Origin: Scenedesmus sp. PABB004
Lineage: Eukaryota
DNA length: 64,000 nucleotides
NCBI GenBank assembly: GCA_014905635.1
Contig: JABVCE010000002.1
Coordinates: 558,001 to 622,000, forward strand
Reading direction: 5' to 3'
In this document: in pieces, positions 46,217-58,926 of the stretch
How positions within the stretch are numbered: position 1 is the stretch's first letter
Layout: every line of letters starts with the position of its first letter
Translations under genes and position numbers: made by a program
Notes under the pieces: generated by a model
Databases searched by the model: none
Told to the model about the DNA's origin: nothing
Seen by the model: only the letters and a program-made list of their open reading frames with translations

Positions 46217-47526
46217 TCACGCGTACACGGCCGAGGGCCGGCAGGCGGTCAGCTGCAGCCGCGTCCGCGCGCCCTCCACCACAGCCTCTGCCGCGACGCC
46301 CGCGGCCAGCGCGGCGGCGCCCGCGCCGCGCAGCGCGGCCGCCAGCGCGCGCGCGAGCTGGCCCAGCGTGGCGGGCACGAGCGCCGGCACGGCGTCCACC
46401 GCCACCAGCAGCTCCGCGGGCAGGCGCGCCAGCTCGGCGCGCGTGAGCAGCGCGGCGGGCAGGCCGGCGACGACGCTGCCGCTCGGCAGGAAGGGCGCGC
46501 CGCCCCCGGGCGCCCCGCCGGCGCCGCGCGCGGCGGAGCTCTGCAGCGCAAACGCCACAAACTCCTGCGACGCGTCGGCCTCGCCGCGGTACGCCTCGGC
46601 CTGCGCCGACAGGGCGGGCAGGCGGTCGGGCGACGGGCGCGGCGGCTGCGCAGGGCGGCCCACCGCTGGGCCCGGCGCCGCGGCGCCCCCCGCACCCACC
46701 GGCATGCTCCCCACCAGCAGCATGCGCGCCGGCTGCAGCGCCGCCAGCACGCCACGCGCCCACGCGGGCGCGCGCTGGGGCGGCGGCGGCCGGTGGCAGC
46801 AGCACACGAGCGCCTCGCCGCCGCACGCGACGAAGAGCGGCGCGGGCTCGCAGCCGTGGCCCCCGCGCCGCCACCCTCCTGCGACGCACCGGCCGGCAGC
46901 TGCACCGTGCCGAGCGCCTGCAGCGGCAGCAGCGGGGAAGTGCGGGCGGTTCAGGCGGCACACGGCGGCCCCGGCGCAGCGGCGCGCATGCGATGAGACG
47001 CCGCCGCACCTCGCAGCCTGCCAGGCAGCCCTCCAGGAGCGCGCAGCTCGCTGCGCTCATCGCCACCACCAGCAGCTGCGGCTTGGCGGTCGGCGGCGCG
47101 CCGGCCGCCCACTGCGGGTGCGCGGCGGGCGAGCTGAGCGGCGCACGCGGCGGCGACGCCCTCGCTGCCGCCGGCGCAGGCGCTGCGTGCCTGGATGCTC
47201 GGGACCGCCAGCGCGTCTGCGGCGGCGTCCACTGCCTGCTCCTCCTCCTCCTGCTGCAGAGCCCGCGTGGGCCAGCGGACTGCGCAGGCGGGCGCGGCGG
47301 CGGGGCGCGGCGGCGCGGCGCGGCGCGTCGGCCGGCGCTGCTGCTGCGCCGCGCGCCGAGGGATCGCGCTGGCGGGCGGCATGCAAGCCGGAGACACGAG
47401 CGTGCCGCGCAGGACCGCAGGCCGGCCGGCTGCGGGCGGCGGCTGCGCCCCCTGCGCCCGGACGCCGCGCCATCACGCAGACGCCGCCGCCGCCGCCGCA
47501 CCTTCGTTGTACTCGAAGATGTCCAT
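46217..47526 (-). CDS. Proteasome assembly chaperone 1-like (PAC1/PSMG1)
   Basis: Segments MDIFEYNE..PASRA, WARGVLAALQPARMLLVGS, YRG and FLPSGSVVAGLPAALL. The C-terminus VYA-stop fits the HbYX motif. Confidence 0.65.
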
Positions 47527-48801
47527 CGCGCGCGGCCTGGGGCGGATTTACCAGTTGAGCGGCGCGACCGGGGCGCAAGCCGCTGTGCAGAGGCAGCGCG
47601 CGCGGGCAGCCGCCGCCGCTGCTGCTGCGCGGGCTCGCACGACTGCGCGCGCGGGCTTGAGAGGCGCACGGGTCTGCCCGGGCATGTGCGGTGGCTGTGG
47701 ATGCACGGGTGGCTGTGCCACCTGCGGCCGCCTGGGCGGCGCAGGTTTTGGTTTTGCAGGTTTTTTTGCAGGTTTCACGGCCGCGGCGCCTCGGCACCCG
47801 AGGGCGGCAGAGTGGAATAGTGCTGTGTGTACCGTGCCGTGCTGCAAACGAGGCAGTGCTTTAACAACACTCGAGCGCAGCTATGGCCGCTCTCAAAGAC
47901 GGGATTCAAGCGCCGAGCGATGGTGCAGTGAGGCGTGAAAGCGTGCAAACCGCGCCCGTCCGGGCGCTGGAGACAGCACAGTAGGGATGAAGGAATTCAG
48001 GCCTCCGCGGTGCGCTCAAGCACACGCGCGTCGTCGTTGCAGCCAGAGGTGATGCCAGCCGGTGCAGCCGGCGCGTGTGAGCCCGTTGGGAGGTTGGGTG
48101 TGGGTTGGGTTGTGCTCAGTGGTTGGATTGTGGGGTGAAGACGTTTCTCTACCGTATGTGCAACAAGGGAGGGCGCGCGCGCGCTCCCGGATCCTGGGCA
48201 AAGACAGCTACATGGAACTGGCAGTGCGGTGTGTGAGAGAGGCCGCCCGCAAGCGCCAACACGCGGCGCGTGGCGGGCGCGGCGGTGCGCGCGGCGCGGC
48301 AGCCCAATCGGGGCCGCCAGGCGCCGGCGTGGATGCGGGTTTGAACAGCAGGTTCACCTGCACACAGCGCCAGCCCAGATTCAAGGGCAGCGCTCGACTC
48401 ATAGCTCTCTAGCTTTGAGAAAGCTCCAATGACGGCCATTGCCAGGCAGAGCCAGGGGCATCCCGAACGTGACGGACGGGCGGCCGTGTGAGGTGCGCGA
48501 ATCAGCACAGTGTGATGCAGTGGTGACCACGCGGCCGCGCCTGCCAGGTTGCTTTGCAGCGACCCGGCAGGGACAAAGCGGATGGTGGTGTGGGGAGTGG
48601 TGAGGGCCCCGTGTCCCACACGCTGTTGAAGCGGAACCAAGCAGTAAAACCCATGCTTTGTACGTACCAGCCGCCGGCCAGTGGCACGCGCAGGTCTTGG
48701 ATCGGGCGGTGACGGCCAGCGTGGCCGTCCCATCTAGGTGGTAATAAGATGCGCGAGAGGCGCTGCAGCAGCAGCAGAGCTGCACCCTGGGAGTGGTGTT
48801 T

Positions 48802-51051
48802 TCACCACTTTGCCCAGGCCAGCAGCCCAAAGATTTTGCCGTACAGCGGCGCGCTCGCGTCGCCGGCAAAGCCATACGGCGCCGCGCCAGCGGACGGCGT
48901 GAGGCCCAGCCGCTCCTGCGCCGCGCCGCGCAGCGCCGCGACCACGGCCATGCCGCCCTCGGCGCGCGACGGGCAGGCGCCGGACATGATGCACGCCGCG
49001 GCGACGCCGGCGACGTGCGGGCTGGCCATGCTCGTGCCGGACAGCGCCCTGTAGCCCGAGGGGTCGCGCGCAAAGGAGGTGGTGCTCAAGACGTTGGTGC
49101 CGGGCGCGGCCAGCACGCGCGCCTGGTCGGCGGCGGGCGCCTTCGTGGGCAGCCAGTTGCTGAAGCCCGCGGGCGCGTTGGTGGCGATGTCCAGGGCGGT
49201 CACAGCCACGGCGGCGGGGCAGGAGGCGGGCAGGTAGCCGGCCATGTCGGAGCCGTAGTTGCCCGCCGCGGCGACGATGACCAGGCCCGCGTCCGAGGCG
49301 GCCTGGAGCTGGCCGCACACGTAGTCAAACGTGGCCTGGTAGTCGGGGCTGGTGGGTGAGATGAACGAGGTCAGCGAGAGGTTGACCACGCGAATGCCCT
49401 TGGCCTTGCCTTGCAGGCCCGCCGCCCAGGCCACCGCCGAGAGCGCAGCCGACAGGCTGCCGGCGCCCCTGCCGTTGAGGACCTTCAGGGCGTAGATCGG
49501 CGTGCCGGGCGCCACGCCCACCACGCCCGCGCCGTTGTTGCGCGCGCCGATGATGCCCGCCACGTGCGTGCCGTGGCCAAAGATGTCGACGGTGGCGTCC
49601 GCGCTGTCGCCGGCCAGGTCAGCAGCGGGGGTCGCCCAGCTGATGCCGCCGACCAGGTTGAGGTCGGGGTGCGTGCCGTCCACGCCGGTGTCAATCACGC
49701 CGACCACGACCTGCTGCGCCGCAGGCAGGCCAGCGGTGTTGGGGACGCCCTGTGCCGCGCTGCCGGCCTCGATGCGGCTCACACCGGCGGGCACCTCATC
49801 GCCCGCCGCCAGCGACACGTGCGGAAGAGGAACGACGGGCTGGCCCAGCGTCGGCAGAGTGGCGTTCGGGGCGGCTGCGATCGTGTCGTTGCTGCTGCCA
49901 CCGGTGAGCGCGCAGAGGAGCGTGGGCAGGCTCCGGCCGTAGAGCGGCGCGGCGCCGCAGGCGCCAAAGCGCTGGCGCGTCCACAGGGCCTTGGCGGCCG
50001 CGGGGGCCAGGACGCAGGGCTGGCCCGCGGCGTTGGTCGCGACGGCGCCCGTGACAGTGTTGACGGCGCGCAGCTGCGTGTAGGCGATCATGCTGGCGGC
50101 CTTGCCGCAGGGCTGGCCCACCCAAACGAGCTTGTTGGCGGGCGCGAGGCAGCCCGGCCACCTGAAGGACGCCGGGGGCGTCGCGGCGAGCCCGGGGGCC
50201 AGCGCGGACGCCTCCACACACGACTTGGGCCTGGCCGTCGCCTGGTGCACGATGAGGCGGTCAGGGATGACCGACGCCACCAGCGAGGAGGCCTTGATGT
50301 GGGGCAGCGCCGCGGCTGACGCGGACACCACCACGGCCTGCACGCCGCGCCGCGGCGCCGCGGCCGCGGCGCTGCGGGCGCCTGCCGCCGGCTCGGTGGG
50401 CTCGCCGATGGAGCGCAGCACAGCAATGTCGGGCTCGCCCGCCGCCGGCGCGGCCGCCGCCGCGGCCGCGCCGCGCGCCGGCGCCGCCGCAGCGAGTGCT
50501 GACTGCACCTGCGCGACCAGCTGCTGCGGCGCCGCCTCGCCAGCCTGCGCGCCGAAGACCACGATGAAGCGGCCCTCCAGCGCAGAGTCGGTCAGGTCTG
50601 CGGCGCGGCGGCGGCGGCGGCGTGAGCTGAGCGGCTTCGCGGTGCTTCGCGGCGACAAGGCGGCGGCCGGGTGAGCGACGAGCCGCAGCTCCTGTCAGCG
50701 GCCGCGCAGCTCGCCTGGGCGCCAGACCTCGTCAGCCTCCGCCAGCGGCTCGTGCGGCTGCACGGCCGCGCCGCGGAGCTGCAGCGGGCGGCGCGCGGGC
50801 GCGCCTGCGATTGCGCGCGCCGCGGAGCGGGGGAGCGTCAGCGAGGCCGGCGCCGGCTCGTGTGACAGATGCGCGAGTAATCCTGCCCTCTGGGCCGCAC
50901 GACGCCGCGCGGCGCGCGCGGGAGGGGCGAGATGAGCCCGCGCGCGCAGCGGCCCACCTGCTGCTGCCGCGCCGCTGAGCAGCGGGCGGGCCTGCGACTG
51001 CGACAAGCTCAGCGCTGCCAGCGCTAGCGTCAGCGCCAGCACACGCGCCAT
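48802..51051 (-). CDS. Secreted subtilisin-like serine protease (S8A), paralog B
   Basis: Signal peptide MARVLALTLALAAL and triad motifs VIDTG, HGTHVAG and SGTSMASPHVAG. The main exon is highly similar to 11314-13106. Confidence 0.93.
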
Positions 51052-51278
51052 GGATTGGGGGGTGGCACCAGGCGGCCTGCTGTTGGCTCCTATGTGCTCA
51101 CGCCTGTGGGTTGTCGAGGGGTGCCTAGTCGATCGAAGAGGTCGCAGAGAGGTCGCATCTGTCGGCGCCGGGGCAGCGGTGGCGCGTCTGGCAGCTGCGA
51201 CGTGCCGGAAATGTGACGGCCCGCAGGTGCAGGCCCTCACCACAGCGTGCACCAGCCCTGCCGTCGCTCCTGCATGCT

Positions 51279-51390
51279 CTACAAGCTGCCAGCTATCTTC
51301 CCCGCAGGCGGGGCGGCCCTGGGGCGGTGTTTCGTTTATACACTCCGCTGCGCAGCGAGCTTCGCTGCACGCCCCGCGCGCAGCGTCGCC
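51279..51390 (-). promoter_or_regulatory. Putative core promoter of subtilisin B
   Basis: Non-coding block shared with 13766-13882, with TATAAA at 51340-51335. Confidence 0.65.
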
Positions 51391-51656
51391 GACAGCGCCG
51401 CCCAGTCCTCGCCCGCGCGGCCACCGGCGTCAGCACGGCCAGGCTTAGGAGCATCGCGGCAGTGGGGCGCGGTGCTTGGTCCGGTAGCTGGGCGGCACTT
51501 GCGCACTGACGTCGACGCTGCACGCGCTCCTGCGCGCTTACCGTCGCGCGCAGGCCGTCGCAACGGCTCCACCACCAAAAGTCATGCAGTTGGGTTCTCT
51601 CACTGGCCACCACAACACCGTCGACCCGACCGCCTGCGCTGCGCGCGCCGCGCCGC

Positions 51657-54600
51657 TCACGCCGCCACGGCGGCCGCGGGTGTCGCAGCGGCAGCAGGCT
51701 CGGCCGCGAGCGACGAAACGGCCGCCGTTGAAGGGGTGGGTGCGGCCGGGGGCGTGGTGACCGCGCCCGCCCCAGCCTGAACGATGGGCGCGGCCGCTGC
51801 CGGCGCGTTGACAGGCTCGACGGCTGCCGCCTGCGCCGACGCCGTGGCGCCGGTGACCGCCACGGCGGGCCCAGCAGCCGCCGCCGGCACCGCGGCGGGC
51901 TCGGCGGCTGGCGCCTGCGCCGGCGCAGGCGCCAGCGCCGCGACCGCCGCGGCGGCGGGCTCGGTGGCTGCCGCCGGCGCCGGCGCAGGCGCCAGCGCCG
52001 CGACCGCCACGGCCGCGGGCTCGGCGGCTGCCGCCGGCGCCGGCGCAGGCGCCAGCCCCGCGACCGCCACGGCCGCGGGCTCGGCGGCTGCCGCCGGCGC
52101 GGCGGCGGCGACCACCGGGGGGTCGTCGCGGCCGCAACCGCGACCGCGCCGCCGCTGGGCGCCGCGGTCTTCTTGGGCGGCGGGGGGATGGCGGTCATGT
52201 CCATGTTCTTGAACCCAGGCCAGTCAATGGGCTTGTAGGTCACACCGTTCCAGCGCCACTTCTTGGCGGACGCCACAGTCGCGTTGGCGGCGGGCTTGGC
52301 GGCGGCGGGGGCGGCCGCGCCGAGCGCCTTGGCGGGCGCGGCGGCGCTGCTGCTCGACGTGGGCGCGGCCGCCGGCGTGCTGTCGGTGGCAGCAGGCGCG
52401 GGCTCCGCGCGAGGCACGGCGGGGGCGGGGACGCTGCCAGCGGCCGCGGGCTGCTTGGCCGCCGCGCCGGTGCTGGCGTCCGCCGCCGGCGTGGGGGTGA
52501 CCTTGGCCTGCGTGGAGGGCTGCTGAGGCTCCTCCTGAGCGGGCGCTGGTGCCAGCTGCCTGGCACCGGCAGCGGCAGGGGCGTCCGCGACCGGCTGCTG
52601 AGGCGCTGCCGGCTTGGGTGCCGCCGCCGGCTGCTCAGGCTCGCTGGCAGGCTGCTCGCGCTTGGGCGCCACCGCCGGCTGCGCAGGCTCGCCGGCAGGC
52701 TGCTCGCGCTTGGGCGCCGCTGCCGTCGGCTGCGCAGGCTTGCTGGCAGGCTGCTCGCGCTTGGGCGCTGCCGCCGCCGGCTGCTCAGGCTCGCTGGCAG
52801 GCTGCTCGCGCTTGGGCGCTGCCGCCGGCTGCGCAGGCTCGCCGGCAGGCTGCTCGCGCTTGGGCGCTGCCGCCGCCGGCTGCTCAGGCTCGCTGGCAGG
52901 CTGCTCGCGCTTGGGCGCTGCCGCCGGCTGCGCAGGCTCGCTGGCAGGCTGCTCGCGCTTGGGCGCCACCGCCGGCTGCGCAGGCTCGCCGGCAGGCTGC
53001 TCGCGCTTGGGCGCCGCTGCCGTCGGCTGCGCAGGCTCGCCGGCAGGCTGCTCGCGCTTGGGCGCTGCCGCCGCCGGCTGCTCAGGCTCGCTGGCAGGCT
53101 GCTCGCGCTTGGGCGCTGCCGCCGGCTGCGCAGGCTCGCTGGCAGGCTGCTCGCGCTTGGGTGCCGCCACCGCCGGCTGCGCAGGCTCGCCGGCAGGCTG
53201 CTCGCGCTTGGGCGCTGCCGCCGTCGGCTGCGCAGGCTCGCCGGCAGGCTGCTCGCGCTTGGGCGCTGCCGCCGCCGGCTGCTCAGGCTCGCTGGCAGGC
53301 TGCTCGCGCTTGGGCGCTGCCGCCGGCTGCGCAAGCTCGCCGGCAGGCTGCTCGCGCTTGGGCGCTGCCGCCGTCGGCTGCGCAGGCTCGCCGGCAGGCT
53401 GCTCGCGCTTGGGCGCTGCCACCGCCGGCTGCGCAGGCTCGCTGGCGGGCTCCTGGCCCTTGGCCTCCGCTGGCTCACTGGGATCCTGAGCGTCCGCGCC
53501 GCCCGCAGCCTGCGTGCCCGTCGCCGGCGCCTCGGGTGCTGCGCCGTCGGCCGGCTGCTCGGGGGCGGGCGCGGTGGCGGCGCTGAGGCCGCTGCCGGCC
53601 TGGGCCAGCTGCTCCTCCAGCTCCGTGATGCGCGCGCGCATGCTGGCCATGACCGCCTCGCACGGCTCGCACGCCTCTGTGCCCGGCTCGGGCGCGTACA
53701 TGTGCTCCGGGCAGGCCTCACACTCGGCCGCGCCCTCGGCGCCCGAAAAGGTCCCGGGGTCGCAGGGCTGGCACTCGGTGGAGTTGGCGGGGGCGTGCAT
53801 GCCCTTGGGGCAGGGCTCGCAGCTGCCGGCGCCGGCGCCGCTGTGGCTGCCCGGCGGGCAGACCTCGCAGCGCTCCCAGCCGGGCTGCGCCCAGCTGCCC
53901 GGGGCGCAGGGATCGCAGGTGGCAGAGCCGGAATCAGACACGTAGCCGGGCTCGCACGGCGTGCAGTCGGTGGAGTTTGAGTCAGGCGCGTGCATGCCGG
54001 CCGGGCACTCCTTGCACTCCTTGGCGCCCTCGTCGCCGCTGAACATGCCGCGCGGGCAGACCGAGCACTTGCCTGTGCCCTCCTTGTCGGCGTAGCTCCC
54101 GGGCGGGCACGGCGTGCAGGTCGAGGCGCCCTCGCCTGCGACGGCCGCGGCGGCGGCGGCGGGGCGGGGGTGAGCCAGCTGCCGTCTGTGGGCGGCCGCG
54201 CTGGCCGGTGCCGGGCTGGGCGTGTGGCATGAGAGCCCAGCCCGTGCGCACCTGCGTAGCTGCCCGGCGGGCACGGCTTGCACTCCCTGGTCTCGTTGCC
54301 GGGGCTGGTGCTACCGGGCCGGCACGGCCTGCAGGCGCCGTCCACCACGAAGGAGCCGGGCGGGCAGTTGCTGCCGACTGCGGGCGGAGCGGTGGCACAC
54401 CGGTCAGCGGCGGGAGGGAGGGCGGGGGCGGGGGCGGCGGCGGCGGGACCGAGCGCGCCCCGGCGCGCGCTCGGCGCCGCCGGCTCACCGCGGGGCGTGG
54501 ACCGAGGGGGGCTGAAGTGCCCGCTGTCGGGCGGGGTGGTGTCGTCGGAGGGGTTCTTGGGCGGGCTGCCGCCGGTTGCGTTCTTGGGCGGCGGGCCGCC

Positions 54601-55677
54601 GTGCGGCGGGCCCGTCGGCGGCGGCGGGATGCCGGAGCCCGGCGGCGGCGGGGGGCAGCCGGGCGCGCAGGGCCACTTGCCCGGGCAGCCGGAGCAGGGG
54701 TTGGGGTAGCAGCCGCCGCCCTTGCCCTTGCGCGAGCGCCCGCTGCAGGGCGGCGGGAAGTCGCAGCCGGAGCGGCCGCAGGGCGGCTTGCCGCAGATGA
54801 CGCCCACGGAGGTGATGTACTCGCTGTAGTCGTTGCACGCGTCGCTGCACGGCGGCGCGCCGTGGCCGTAGCTGCCGGCGTCGCCGCAGCCGGCGCAGGG
54901 GCCGGCGTCGTAGTGCTTGGCGTGGTAGCGCCGGGCCTTCTTGCCGTGCAGCCCGATCACGCGCTCCTTGGCGTCGCGGCAGGCCATCTTGCTGCCCTTG
55001 CCGCCGTGCTTGCCGAAGAAGGGCGAGTCGCCGTAGCGGCCGTGGAAGCAGACCGCCTCGACCGCGGCGTCGCTCGCGAGCGCGCTGATGCCGACGAAGC
55101 CATTGGTCGCGCCAAAGGCAAACGGCGCGCCGCCGGCGGCGCGGCCCGCGGGCTCGGCGCGGCTGCCGTCGGAGCAGAGCACGTTGATCTGCTCCACGCG
55201 GTCGCCCGAGCTCGCGCCCTTGAACGCGGTCACGTACGACTCGGGCGGGCAGATGAGCTGGAAGGCCGTGCCCTCGGACCCGCCCTGCGCGGGGAACACG
55301 CTGCCGCCTGGGGCGCGGGGCGCGGGGCGGGGTGGGCGGGGCGCGGCGCGCGGGCGCGAGGGTGGGCGGCGCGCGCACTGAGCTGCGGCGCGGCGGCCGG
55401 CAGCTCGTACCTGAGGCCAGGACCTTGGCAATAGCGACGGAGGTGTCATCCGCGCTCGCTGCGGCTGCGGTCGGTGTGGCGCCCGGCGGGGTCAGTTGGC
55501 GGCGCGGCCCAAGCACATCCACGCGCGCGGGCGCGCGTACAGACTCAGAGGCCACCCGCAGACCCGCTGCCGCCGTTGCCAGGGGTGCCGACCAGCCCGC
55601 AGCTCACCCGCGCAGCTCGCGATGCAGCACCCCGCCAGCAGCACGGCCGCGCTCAACGCGGCCCGCCGGCGCGCCAT
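51657..55677 (-). CDS. Secreted modular protein: jacalin-like lectin domain, Pro/Cys-rich linker, GCC2/GCC3 (TNFR/ephrin-receptor-like) Cys repeats, coiled coil, tandem KR repeats and Ala/Pro tail
   Basis: Signal peptide MARRRAALSAAVLLAGCCIASCA. Lectin-like motifs GGSEGTAF..CPPESYVTAFKG and ERVIGLHGK..ITSVGVIC. Repeated CxxCPPGSY units. A probable 1-bp indel at 52117-52122 joins the final segment. Confidence 0.7.
51890..52100. repeat. Coding minisatellite, 60-bp unit, about 3.5 copies (AAEPAAVAVAALAPAPAPAA)
   Basis: The sequence lines starting at 51901, 51961 and 52021 are near-identical. Confidence 0.85.
52612..53445. repeat. Coding minisatellite, 48/51-bp units, 16 copies of A(2-4)PKREQPA(S/G)EP(A/E)QP
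   Basis: The core GCAGGCTGCTCGCGCTTGGG recurs. All unit lengths are multiples of 3. Confidence 0.95.
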
Positions 55678-56004
55678 CGCAACGCCTGGGATGGCAGGAG
55701 TCACTGCGTGGAGCGCAGTATCGGGCGGCCGTGTCCGCGCGTTTTCCCTAGCGTCCGGAGCGCGCGCCAAAAAAAAAACGACCACGCCCGCAGGTTGGCG
55801 GGGAGCTGCGGGAGCTGCCGCGGACAGGCGGGAGCAACTGAGAAGTGGGGCGTGAGCGAGCGCGCCGCGGTAACAGCCGCCGGCGTCGCGACACAGCAGG
55901 CGCGTTGGGCGCGGCGGCGCCCCGACAGGCGCCCGCGCCAACAGCGCCGCCGCCGCTAACCCGCCGCGGCGCGCCGTGGGCGGTTACACCAGGCGTCCGG
56001 GGGC

Positions 56005-57332
56005 TCACAGCGCCAGCGCCAGGCTCTCGCCGGGCGGCGCGGGGAACTCGAGCTTGGTGGCGCCCAGCCCCGCGGCCACGAGGCGCGCGCGCAGCTCGGC
56101 CGCGGCGGCGCTGCCGCGCACCGACATGAGCGCCGTGAGCTGGCCCTCCTGGTCGAGGTCGGCGTTCAGCAGCGGCACGAGCACCTTGGGGCGCAGCAGG
56201 CGCAGCAGGGCCGCGAGGTCTGTGTCGCCCTTGAGCAGCGGGTAGCCAGCCAGCAGCACGCTCTGCACCGGCGACACCACGACGTCCACCGGGCCCACGC
56301 CGGCCAGCGAGGACGCATCAAAGTCGCAGTGCGGCTCGTAGTAGAGCGACGCGGGCGTCTCGACGCCCAGCTCCTGCGCGCGCGCGCGCGCGCGCGCGCG
56401 CGCGGTCGGCGGCGGGCGCGCCGCGGCGGCGCGCGGCGCGTGGCGCGTGCCGCGGCCGCGCGCGCACCCGCAGCACGTAGCCGTTTTGCCGCGCCGACCA
56501 GGGCGGCCCCACGAGCGCGCCCGCGGTCGCGCGCAGCTGCAGGCGGCCGCCGCAGATGTCGAGCGCCTGCCCCGGCGAGATGGTGGTGAGGGAGTCAAAG
56601 CCGAGCGGGGCGATGCGCTCCGCGGCCTCGGGCTGCGCGATGATCGGCACGCTGCGCGGCAGCGCGCTCAGCGTGGGCATGTGCGTGTGGTCGTCCACCC
56701 ACTGCGCGCCAGGGGGGGGGGCAGAGAGTGAGCGCTCGGGCCGGCGTGCGCTCGCGCCCGCGCGCCCCGGCGGCAGCAGGCCCCCCGCGCGCGTGCGCGT
56801 GCGCACGGGCCTGGCTGATGATCACTGCGTCCGTGTCGCCCGCGACGGCGTCGACCGAGATGTCGACGCCGCTCGCGCCGCCAAAGCCGCGCTTGCGCCC
56901 GGTGTAGAGCCAGGCCTGGTCAAAGAAGGAGAGGTCGCCGACGAGCCAGGGGTCGACGAGCACTCTCGCGCCGCAGTTGTTAAATTTCACCCAGAACGCG
57001 TTGCCCTCGTACGACACGTACGTGATGCCGTGGTGGAAGGTCTTCTGCTGCGGCGGCTGCTGCGGCTGCTGCTGCTGCGGCGCCGCCGCCCGCGCCGCGA
57101 CGCGCGCCGCGCGGCAGGGCGCGCCGCCCGCCGCGCCGCCCCACCTGCGCCGGCGACGCGTGGCGCGGGCGCGGGGCACCGGCGGTGAGGGTGCGGTTGA
57201 GGGGCCGGCAGCAGGCGCGCTGCGAGCGGCGCGCGCTGCGCCCTCGGCGGCGCGGCCAGACAGCAGCGGCGGCGCCGCGGGGGGCAGCAGCGCCGGCGCG
57301 CGGCGCAGCCACGCCTCTCGCACCGCGCGCAT
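56005..57332 (-). CDS. Metallo-beta-lactamase-fold protein (Lactamase_B_3-like), probably plastid-targeted
   Basis: Motifs YEGNAFW, VLVDPWLVGDL, IISQ|WVDDHTHMPTL, GALVGPPWSARQNGY, LYYEPH and DVVVSPV. Confidence 0.82.
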
Positions 57333-57863
57333 CTGGCGGTCGGGGCTGGCCGGCAGGCGCCAGCTGCGCTGCTGAGGAGCATGGCGCGTGCGATTGCTGG
57401 CCGCGAGCAGCTGCTGGTCCCGCTCGAGCAAGGTGAGGCGTGTGCGTGGCAGAGGAGGGAGGGCTACGCGCTGCCGTCTGCGTGCGACGGCGGGAAGAGC
57501 GGCGCAAACACGGGCAAGGCAGCGGGAGGGCCGCGAGTCTGTGGCCCCCGCGCTGCTGCAACGCGCCACCCAGGCCGTCGCCGCGCCACGCGATCGCGTT
57601 AGCACGCAACGAGAGCCTCCCAGCCGCGCCAGCGCGACCGCCGGACGAGCGCCCAGGCAGAGCCAGCAGCAGCGAGGCCGCGTCCACCAGGTGCTCGCGT
57701 CGCGCCCGATGAGGGCCGCCCATTGGCCCACCGCCGCCTTGCCGCAGCGATCTCTCGGTCGCTCGCTGCTGCGCGCGCCGTGGCTGAGCTGTCTCGCGGG
57801 GCTGAGCTGTCCGCGCGCGCCGCCGCCGCTGCTGCGCGATCGCCCGCGCAGGCGAGCGAAGAG

Positions 57864-58926
57864 ATGGAGGCCGCGCCCGCCCCGCTCGTGGCGCTGCAGC
57901 AGGCGGCGGGCCACCTGCAGCGCAGCATCGCCAACGCCTTTGGGGGCGCGCACCACCAGTGCGTGGCGGCAGCGGCGGCGGCGGCGGGCGACGCGCCGCT
58001 GGCACCACCCGCGCGCGCCGCGCGCAGCGCCGCCCACGCGCGCGCCGCGCGCCCGCAGGCCGCGCCGCGTGCTGCGGCCGCGGCTGCTGGCGGGCCGCGC
58101 GCGCGCGCCGCCGCGGCGCGTGGGCTTTGGCGCGCCGCTGGCGGCGATCATCCCGGGCGACACCGTGGTGGAGCAGGTGCTCACGACGGGCGTGTCCAAC
58201 TTTCTGTGAGCGACAGCTGCGGCGGCGGCGCGGCGGCGCGGCGGCGACCGGCAGCGGCGGGACCCCTGGCCGCGCCCTGGCCGCGCGCGCCCGACGACCC
58301 GCCGCGCCCGCGCCCGCCCCAAACTCGCAGGAGCCTGTACAACACCGCGCTCGTCGCGCGCCTCGTGCTCACCTGGTTCCCCAGCCCGCCCGAGTTCATT
58401 GTCGGCCCGCTCTCGTGCGCGGCGCCGCGCCGCGGCGCCGCGCCCCCTCCCTCCGCCCGCCCGCGCACCGCGGCGCCGCGCCCCCTCCCCCGCCCGCGCG
58501 CCGCGCCGCGCACGCCGCCGGCCCTGCCGCCCGCCCGCGCGCGCCCTCACGCCTCAACCCCTCACCCCCCTGAACCCCCTGAACCCCAGCACGCTGTGCG
58601 ACCCCTACCTCAACCTCTTCCGTGGCATCATTCCGCCCCTCGGCGGCAGCCTCGACTTCAGCCCCATCCTCGCCTTTGTGCTGCTCAGCGTGTTCACAAA
58701 CACCGCCGCAGCGCTGCCCTGCGAGCTCGGGCCCGACGGCGGCGACGGCGGCGACGCGCCCGACGGCGCGGCCGCGGGCGCGGCGCGGCGCGGCGCGGCG
58801 CCGGGCGCGGCGCGCCGCGCGCCGCTGGACTGGCTGCCCATGAGCCGCTACCAGGCCGCGTGGGCGGCGCGCGTTGCGGGCGCGCGCGGGCAGCGGGCGC
58901 AGCAGGCGGGCGGCGCGAGCGCGTGA
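57864..58926 (+). CDS. YGGT-family (YLMG-like) chloroplast membrane protein
   Basis: LYNTALVARLVLTWFPSPP..LSTLCDPYLNLFRGIIPPLGGSLDFSPILAF. Confidence 0.9.

Noticed and set aside
47550..48800. Lower-GC intervals (also 10284-11313) as foreign inserts or hidden genes
   Set aside because: They contain no recognisable ORF or terminal repeats, and their positions fit subtilisin 3' UTR or intergenic sequence.
48802..51051. Second subtilisin as a haplotype or assembly duplicate
   Set aside because: It has a different signal peptide, different introns and flanks, and many substitutions, so it is a true paralog.
52612..53445. Regular repeat array resembling CRISPR
   Set aside because: There are no unique spacers, the units are in-frame coding sequence, no cas genes are present and the context is eukaryotic.
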